Source: a virus
Lineage: Duplodnaviria > Caudoviricetes
DNA length: 43,291 nt
Virus record (IMG/VR): IMGVR_UViG_3300043447_000532
Location: 1-43,291 of that record
Reading direction: 5' to 3' (one strand)
The position numbers and the translations under genes are program-made. Below the pieces are notes generated by a model. That model did not search any database. It saw only the letters and a program-made list of their open reading frames with translations, and had not been told where the DNA came from. Of this stretch, positions 37,330-43,291 are shown piece by piece. Position 1 is the stretch's first letter, and each line of letters starts with the position of its first letter.

Positions 37330-37803
37330 ATGGCAGCAGCACTAGGCGCAGCAGCATTAAGAATTGGCGGGCAAGCCGCAGTAAGATACGGAGCAAAGGC
37401 ACTCGGTGACATGGCTGGGCAGTTTGCAGCCGGCAAGATGGGCGAGGCAATTGGCGGGCATAACGAACAAGCTAGCCAGGAGCATCGAGAAGCAGCGCGA
37501 CGGCTGAATGTCGATCCAGACGTGTATTCCCGAGTGGCATCAGACGTGAACAATCGCGGGCAATCGTCTGGCGCGAATCAAAGCCGTTCGGATGTGGCGT
37601 TTAGCAATCAATTGGACCAGTCCAACAATCGCGCCGATTTAACTAATCAAATGGCAGCCACCGACCAGGTTATTGCATATCGTCAAGCCGAACAACTTGC
37701 TAATGCATATGGATCGGCTCAGCAAGCTCAAGCGCGGGCATCTAACGATATCATGTCGTCGGTACTGAATCGTCGAGCGCAAAATTACGGAGTTAATCTA
37801 TAA
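37330..37803 (+). CDS. Ala/Gly/Gln-rich virion protein candidate
   Basis: MAAALGAAALRIGG start like pilot/ejection proteins; AGGAG RBS. Confidence 0.6.
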   Translation: MAAALGAAALRIGGQAAVRYGAKALGDMAGQFAAGKMGEAIGGHNEQASQEHREAARRLNVDPDVYSRVASDVNNRGQSSGANQSRSDVAFSNQLDQSNNRADLTNQMAATDQVIAYRQAEQLANAYGSAQQAQARASNDIMSSVLNRRAQNYGVNL

Positions 37804-37852
37804 CCAAAAGCCGACCGAGCTTGATGGTGTCGGCTCGGTCGGCTTTTGGTTA
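37801..37852 (+). terminator. Hairpin with 20-bp arms
   Basis: TAACCAAAAGCCGACCGAGC / GCTCGGTCGGCTTTTGGTTA. Confidence 0.75.
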
Positions 37853-37860
37853 CTGGTTAG

Positions 37861-37876
37861 GTATAAGTAATTATAC
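37861..37876. promoter_or_regulatory. Operator-like palindrome upstream of the major capsid gene
   Basis: GTATAAGTAATTATAC, 20 nt before the ATG. Confidence 0.7.
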
Positions 37877-37896
37877 CAAAAAAAGGGTAACTATAG

Positions 37897-39093
37897 ATGG
37901 CAATTACAGCCGAGACACTAGTACCGATTATCGGTACCGAATTAATCCGCCCCCGACCTAATTACATCGCCCGCGCCGTTCTAGCACCTAAGCACGTATG
38001 GGATGCATCAGCGCAGCCAGGTAAGCAAGTAAGACTAGACCGCTATGGCTGGTTTGGAGATCGGGGCGACTTATCTAAAGATGCACGACGCAGACAGCCC
38101 GATCAGTTGATTGGTGCGAATAACAGCCGCCAGCTCAACAAGACCGAAATTTACCTCAGTATCGATGAATATACGGGACCAGGCGGCGGCGATATTAACG
38201 ATCCTTCCAAACCTGGAAACCTGCGAATCAGTAAGGAAAACATCCTGCTCCAGCAGAAGAATATCTACGATATCAACGCATTTCGCGATCCGGTATTCCG
38301 CCACCAATTCCACCAGTCGATTGGTTCCGAATCCCTCCTAGATGACTATCAACGCTGGCAGGATCGGGTGTTAATCGACGAGGCGATGACTTCGGCGACT
38401 AAGTACAATCCGAACGATGTAGCCGATGGCGGTACCTATGCCAATGGCCCCGTTAAGTTTAGCGTCAACAACGATCTCAAAACCATCGTCGAGATCCTCC
38501 AGACTAAGAACGCGCCGACGTTTGAGGATGGGTTGTACCGCTGTTTGGCTAGTCCCCGCTTCCTGAAGCACTTGATGCAGGATGCCTCCTTTATGGAGGT
38601 TGCCCGCTACCCTGGATACGCGCCTATCGAGATGATGCGCGATCCTTACAATCCATACGCGCCGCTAATGTTGCCACATCCCAATGTGGCTAACATGATG
38701 ACCAATCCCAATAATGCCGCATTCTATGGGCAGTTATTAGGACAATCGGCGGTCGGGAATGCGAGCCAGATGTTCCCGACTGGGATTGTATTTGGCGGCG
38801 TGCGGTTTTTTGTTAGCAACAACATCCCCACTCAACTAGTAAGCCTCAACTATACCGCTTCATCCAATCCCACTAAATATCCAACCGGACTAGCCAACCG
38901 CGAAGCCTATCCGGCTGTATTTTTCGGTGCCGATCTGATTGGCGAAGTGATGGCCACTCAAGAGCCAGTCCGGTGCTTAGTAAACAGCAACACCGACTAC
39001 GAGCGGTTCTTAATTCTAATCTGGCAAGCCTATGGCGGTTGGCAGAATATCAATCCCGAATTTGGGATCGTAGCTCGCAGTTACGGCGATTAA
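37897..39093 (+). CDS. Major capsid protein
   Basis: 398 aa after the scaffold; IG.EL.RP.P.YI, QPGKQV.LDRY, EYTGP, FHQSIGS..LLDDY.RW.DRV, F.GVRFF.S.N resemble S-EIV1-type capsids from recall; followed by a hairpin. Confidence 0.8.
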   Translation: MAITAETLVPIIGTELIRPRPNYIARAVLAPKHVWDASAQPGKQVRLDRYGWFGDRGDLSKDARRRQPDQLIGANNSRQLNKTEIYLSIDEYTGPGGGDINDPSKPGNLRISKENILLQQKNIYDINAFRDPVFRHQFHQSIGSESLLDDYQRWQDRVLIDEAMTSATKYNPNDVADGGTYANGPVKFSVNNDLKTIVEILQTKNAPTFEDGLYRCLASPRFLKHLMQDASFMEVARYPGYAPIEMMRDPYNPYAPLMLPHPNVANMMTNPNNAAFYGQLLGQSAVGNASQMFPTGIVFGGVRFFVSNNIPTQLVSLNYTASSNPTKYPTGLANREAYPAVFFGADLIGEVMATQEPVRCLVNSNTDYERFLILIWQAYGGWQNINPEFGIVARSYGD

Positions 39094-39097
39094 TCGA

Positions 39098-39124
39098 TTT
39101 AGGGACTGGATTTCAGTCCCTAAA
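39098..39124 (+). terminator. Hairpin after the capsid gene
   Basis: TTTAGGGACTG-GATTT-CAGTCCCTAAA. Confidence 0.65.
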
Positions 39125-39157
39125 CACTAACCATCAACCATCAATCACCAATCAAAT

Positions 39158-39820
39158 ATGACGATCGTTAACTATAGCGACGTGACAGGGCAAACGCTCA
39201 GAGGTCACGCAGACGACAAAATCAACCTACACAACGGGATGCGACTGGTCGAGCGGGTGGGATATGCCCGAATCACATCCACGCTACAAAACAGCATCCC
39301 GATCTTTCTACCCTCATCGGCTCAAACGGCACTAGAGCTAACCACCAATCCAGATAAACGGCTGACGCTGCCAGTTGGGGCGGTTATGAGTCACCTCTCA
39401 CTGCGATTGCCACAATTAGAAACCGATCCAGTCACTCCTCAGTATGGCAACCTCCAGAAAGGGGCGACGCTAATCGGTACGACGGGCGAATTCGTGAAGG
39501 TAGCGGCTAACAACACTTTCAATACCACAGCTCCATCAATTGTCTGCGCCGCGAATGCCTACACGCCAAATGCATCGGCTGTTGTCAATCGATCGATTGC
39601 CGCGCCTGGCGATGTAGCCGCATCCAGCCTGATTCAAGTAGCAGCTCCCACTGATATGTCGCTGGTGGTATCTAACGCTGCCAACGCTGCCGCTGGTGTC
39701 GGCATCAGAACATCAATCGGCGATGCACTAGCAATCGTTCGCGTCTGCTGGTACGAGCCTCATACCGCGCCAACATACGAAGATCTGATGCAATTTATCG
39801 CTAAAGGGCGGATCGCCTGA
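39158..39820 (+). CDS. Probable minor capsid/decoration protein
   Basis: 220-aa Ala/Thr-rich protein directly downstream of the capsid gene. Confidence 0.5.
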   Translation: MTIVNYSDVTGQTLRGHADDKINLHNGMRLVERVGYARITSTLQNSIPIFLPSSAQTALELTTNPDKRLTLPVGAVMSHLSLRLPQLETDPVTPQYGNLQKGATLIGTTGEFVKVAANNTFNTTAPSIVCAANAYTPNASAVVNRSIAAPGDVAASSLIQVAAPTDMSLVVSNAANAAAGVGIRTSIGDALAIVRVCWYEPHTAPTYEDLMQFIAKGRIA

Positions 39821-39873
39821 ATGAATAATTTGATTTCGATCGCGCCATTGGTAGAGCCATAGCCCGACATATG

Positions 39874-39911
39874 AAACGAAACCCCGCCAATCGATTGACG
39901 GGGTTTCGTTT
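39874..39911. terminator. Bidirectional terminator
   Basis: AAACGAAACCCCGCCAAT-CG-ATTGACGGGGTTTCGTTT between converging genes. Confidence 0.85.
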
Positions 39912-40372
39912 TAGGCGTAATCGCCGCCAAAAGCTGTAACGATAATCGGATTGGCAATTGCAATCGATAGCGCGGCTCTCAATTCCCATCCTTGCGGCAA
40001 TCGCAACATTCGATTGGGTAGATCCGATTCGGGGCTGGCAGGGGATAGGGTGGCGGGTAGTAAGACGGTAAGGCGATTGGATCTGGTAAATCCTGTTATC
40101 TCTGGCAGATCTGTTTGGGATATCAATCTATTTTGTCCCTGAGTGCCGACAGTATCGAATAGATAGAGATTCAAGATCGTCGCCACCATATCACCAGTAG
40201 GCTGAATCTCAATCGTATCGATCGCGCTAGCCGGATCGCCGCCGATGGCTAGAGTTTTAGGTAATAGAGTGCTGGCCGGATTGGTATCGCCTAATTCAGT
40301 CTGAAGCGTGGTAGTCCAGATTTTGGGCGATCTGATAAATATCGGCTGAGTATTGGGAGATCTTAAAGCCAT
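39911..40372 (-). CDS. Probable virion structural protein
   Basis: NTQPIF...P start and L.LP.GW.LRA......V.AFGGDY end, a pattern recalled from genes next to phage fibres. Confidence 0.55.
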   Translation of the reverse strand: MALRSPNTQPIFIRSPKIWTTTLQTELGDTNPASTLLPKTLAIGGDPASAIDTIEIQPTGDMVATILNLYLFDTVGTQGQNRLISQTDLPEITGFTRSNRLTVLLPATLSPASPESDLPNRMLRLPQGWELRAALSIAIANPIIVTAFGGDYA

Positions 40373-40396
40373 AAAGCAACAATTAAAAACAACTAA

Positions 40397-42085
40397 TCAA
40401 CTAGAAAATACACCATAGAATTCTATATCTCCAATTACAAAAAAACTGCTACCGCTAGAGTTTAAACCTGTAGATCTGATACGAATATATCGATAGGCAA
40501 TTGATGGGCTAACGGTTATTGTTAGCCATTGGGCGATCGCGTTAAAGGTTGTATTGTTTGTCTGCGTGTCGATTGTAGTCCATGTCGCAGAGTTCCAGTC
40601 AGCGATTGTATTTGCAGCTATCGAATTAGTGCCCTCTAGTACCCAATTTCGAGGATGAGTATTGTTGGCTGCATTTCTGGATCTAATCGAATATTTGGAG
40701 ATTAAAATATTCTTTCCTGACAACAAATCCCATCCAATCCAGGAATTAGCAGTGTTTGAAGATGCCCATCCGTCATCTATTGTCGATCGATCTGTTGCCA
40801 GTTCTTTTGCTTGGGTGATGGAGTTTTCGCTACTGGCAATTACTACGATCTTGGCTGGATTTATACAGGGGTTTACAAATCCTTGTTTGTTTTGATTGGT
40901 ACCAACCCAATAAAATAACCCGTTAGTGTCGCCATCCGAAATATGCGTCAAGGTTTTAGTTGCCAAATCTAAATGCCCTGATTGTCCCAACCATCCCAAT
41001 GACGATCCGGTATAGCTAATAATTTCGGCTACACCGGATCTTTTAACTATCCTCACATCCGTGTTTTGTCCATCGTACTTATCGGATGCGGTGGCTAACC
41101 TGATACTATTTGGGCTATTTGGCGTTATTGGCAAAACCGCAATATCTGCACCGACAGGACTTGGAGCGGGCATTGTAATTATAACGTTGCCCGCACTGTC
41201 ATCAACTCGCAACCGATCGCCATAGTTAGCAGTGAATGACGAAGATATCGTCTGCCACGCAGATAGACCGCCACCGCCTCCCCCTCCAGTAGCCGTTAAA
41301 ACGCCACCAGACAAGCTTAACCCACTACCGAGTGTTAATTGCTCGATATCACCACTACCCGCGCTAGAACGCCCTAGAATCGCACCGCTGGCGATTGCTT
41401 GAATCTTGGCTACGGTAACAGCTCGCCCATCGATCGCTATATTGGTGCCACTACCAGATATGGTAACGTCGCCATAATCGCCGTCGGTCAATCCACCGCC
41501 AGCAGGTAGATTCTTAATCGCGCTCGCATCTAATCTGTTGGTGCCCGTCAACGTGGTTAACAGATCTCTAATCTCTGTCGCTGTTGGTGGGGTCGAGCCT
41601 GGCGGCAGGTTTTTAATCGCACTGGCATCTAGTCGATCGTTTCCAGCCAAAGTAGTCAATAAATCCCTGATCTCTATAGCTGTAGGCGGGGTCGAGCCTG
41701 CTGGTAAATCCTTAATCGCCGTCGCGCTGAGCCTATTAGTACCCACTAGCGTGGTCAATAGATCCCTAATATCAGTAGCGGTCAACGTTGCAGCTAAATT
41801 CTTAATCGCACTCGCATCTAATCTATTAGTGCCTGTCAAGGTGGCTAGCAGGTCTCTAATCTCGGTCGCGGTTGGATTGGATGGTAAATCCTTAATTGCC
41901 GTCGCGCTCAGCCTGTCAACGCCTACTAGTGTGGTTAATAAGTCTCTAATCTCGGGGGCAGTTTGCGATCCGCCCCCACTACTTAAATTTTTAATCGCAC
42001 TCGCATCTAGACGATCGTTCCCCGTCAGGGATTCCAATCGTTTCTTAATATCTATCCCTCTTAATATTCGAGTCCAAGCTGACAT
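40397..42085 (-). CDS. Fibre/receptor-binding protein candidate: six N-terminal repeats, Gly-rich shaft, C-terminal F5/8-type C (discoidin-like) domain
   Basis: Six IRDLLTTL.G.(N/D)RL(D/S)A(S/T)AIK(N/D)L-type repeats; LTDGDYGDVTISGSG; tip SWIGWDL...YSIRSR...PRNWVLEG...YRYIRIR...IEFYG. Confidence 0.75.
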   Translation of the reverse strand: MSAWTRILRGIDIKKRLESLTGNDRLDASAIKNLSSGGGSQTAPEIRDLLTTLVGVDRLSATAIKDLPSNPTATEIRDLLATLTGTNRLDASAIKNLAATLTATDIRDLLTTLVGTNRLSATAIKDLPAGSTPPTAIEIRDLLTTLAGNDRLDASAIKNLPPGSTPPTATEIRDLLTTLTGTNRLDASAIKNLPAGGGLTDGDYGDVTISGSGTNIAIDGRAVTVAKIQAIASGAILGRSSAGSGDIEQLTLGSGLSLSGGVLTATGGGGGGGLSAWQTISSSFTANYGDRLRVDDSAGNVIITMPAPSPVGADIAVLPITPNSPNSIRLATASDKYDGQNTDVRIVKRSGVAEIISYTGSSLGWLGQSGHLDLATKTLTHISDGDTNGLFYWVGTNQNKQGFVNPCINPAKIVVIASSENSITQAKELATDRSTIDDGWASSNTANSWIGWDLLSGKNILISKYSIRSRNAANNTHPRNWVLEGTNSIAANTIADWNSATWTTIDTQTNNTTFNAIAQWLTITVSPSIAYRYIRIRSTGLNSSGSSFFVIGDIEFYGVFSS

Positions 42086-42186
42086 ACGCGCTCGATATAA
42101 GGTGTTGTACTAGATGCTAGTTTTATTTTAGCAAATCACCCGCCAAACAGGGTAGATGGTAGCTATTGACTAGAATCCTATTGGCG

Positions 42187-42238
42187 AGACACACGGTTTT
42201 TAGTATAGAAAATTATATATACTAAAAACCGTGTGTCT
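42187..42238. repeat. Second copy of the 21-bp-arm inverted repeat
   Basis: AGACACACGGTTTTTAGTATA-N10-TATACTAAAAACCGTGTGTCT, intergenic. Confidence 0.9.
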
Positions 42239-42377
42239 AATCCCCAATCCCGCTCTACAAGCCAATCTCTAGAAATGAGCCAGACAGCCAGATAGAGCGG
42301 CTGGGATGGCGGAATCTCGTTGAGCCGACCGATAATAACAGGATTTGCAGCGTAAAATCGCACCGTTTTACGGGCGC

Positions 42378-42493
42378 GTAAAACATTGTTCGACATATTG
42401 TAAAACATTGTTCGACATATTGTAAAACGTTGTTTGACAACCACCGTAAAACGGTGTAACAATATTGTAAAACAGTAAAACAACCTGTAAAAC
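42378..42493 (+). repeat. 22-bp direct repeats and GTAAAAC heptamer cluster
   Basis: GTAAAACATTGTTCGACATATT at 42378 and 42400, degenerate copy at 42422; further GTAAAAC at 42446, 42467, 42475, 42487. Confidence 0.85.
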
Positions 42494-42496
42494 AAC

Positions 42497-43066
42497 ATGC
42501 TTAAAAATGTAGGGATTAGGCTGCCTGTCGAGATCCTAGACGCTATCGACAAAAAAATAAAAGAGGAAGATCGTGGCAAAACATTCACTAGATCGGATGC
42601 AATTAGAGAGGCGATCGATAATTGGGTTGGCTCCTGTCAAACAACGTCAAACAGCAGTGAAGCAACTGTTTTACAAGATGAATTAACGATCCTTGACATT
42701 GATTCGATACAGACTGATATATGTGATGAGAACGGAGAAGAGATACCAGCCCATCCTTTGATTCAGAAGGTTTTAGACTACTTGAGCAATGATGGAACGT
42801 TCGACCAGATCGGCGCATTGTCTAGTATGATTTTTGAGCTAAACGATGTTGTTGGCATCAGTCATATCGATATGGATAGCGAATCTTTAAATGATGTTGC
42901 TGAGCGATGGGATGATTTTGAATCCAAACACGGACGCTATCCGTCAATGGCTTATCGAATCAACAGATTAGAAATATTTGTTGACGCGCTAATGACCAAC
43001 TACCATCACGAACAAAAGTCAAAAGCCGCTCGATCCGATAGAAAGGGCGGCAAGGGGTTCGGCTGA
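42497..43066 (+). CDS. CopG/ribbon-helix-helix DNA-binding protein with acidic C-terminal domain
   Basis: NVGIRLPVEILDAIDKK......TRSDAIREAI is an RHH signature; ends GGKGFG. Confidence 0.8.
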   Translation: MLKNVGIRLPVEILDAIDKKIKEEDRGKTFTRSDAIREAIDNWVGSCQTTSNSSEATVLQDELTILDIDSIQTDICDENGEEIPAHPLIQKVLDYLSNDGTFDQIGALSSMIFELNDVVGISHIDMDSESLNDVAERWDDFESKHGRYPSMAYRINRLEIFVDALMTNYHHEQKSKAARSDRKGGKGFG

Positions 43067-43291
43067 ACGTGTTGACGATTAGGCGTGACAAATTAGACCA
43101 AATCGCCCACACCTAATCTGACGTGGTAATGGTTCGGCTGAACGTGTTGACGATTAGGCGTGACAAATTAGACCAAATCGCCCACACCTAATCTGACGTG
43201 GTAATGGTTCGGCTGAACGTGTTGACGATTAGGCGTGACAAATTAGACCAAATCGCCCACACCTAATCTGACGTGGTAATGGTTCGGCTGA
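43056..43291. repeat. 75-bp identical tandem repeat array (at least 3 units plus 11 bp)
   Basis: GGTTCGGCTGA at 43056, 43131, 43206, 43281 with an identical 64-bp intervening sequence. Confidence 0.95.

Noticed and set aside
42178-42588. Minus-strand ORFs of 136 and 61 aa
   Set aside because: They run through the inverted repeat and GTAAAAC repeats, give repetitive translations and overlap the RHH gene antisense.
43056-43291. CRISPR array
   Set aside because: Units are fully identical with no variable spacers, and there are no cas genes.

Overview
The window appears to be a complete circular temperate cyanophage or phage-plasmid of about 43,164 bp: bases 1-127 equal bases 43165-43291, and both lie inside a 75-bp tandem array. 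A cyanobacterial host is suggested by very frequent CGATCG/GCGATCGC (HIP1-type) words, an XisF-like serine integrase and a CyRepA1-like replication protein. Modules: lysis (holin-like genes, amidase + M15 peptidase endolysin); lysogeny (large serine integrase with a candidate intact attP, double-HTH repressor, KilA-N/antirepressor-like genes); a DUF6745-like gene with 48 XSSL tetrapeptide repeats plus a His-motif partner; nucleotide metabolism (intein-containing class II RNR, ThyX); replication (phage beta-clamp, SNF2 helicase-methyltransferase fusion ending in QLSLF, SF2 helicase, CyRepA1-like primase-helicase, RusA); a tRNA(CAU); and virion genes (terminase, portal, scaffold, capsid, fibre/adhesin-like proteins, no tape measure). 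Non-coding structure includes a genome-wide 16-bp palindrome (GTATAAGNNCTTATAC), two distant copies of a 21-bp-arm inverted repeat, GTAAAAC repeats and the 75-bp array. All family assignments come from motif recognition by eye; no database search was run.
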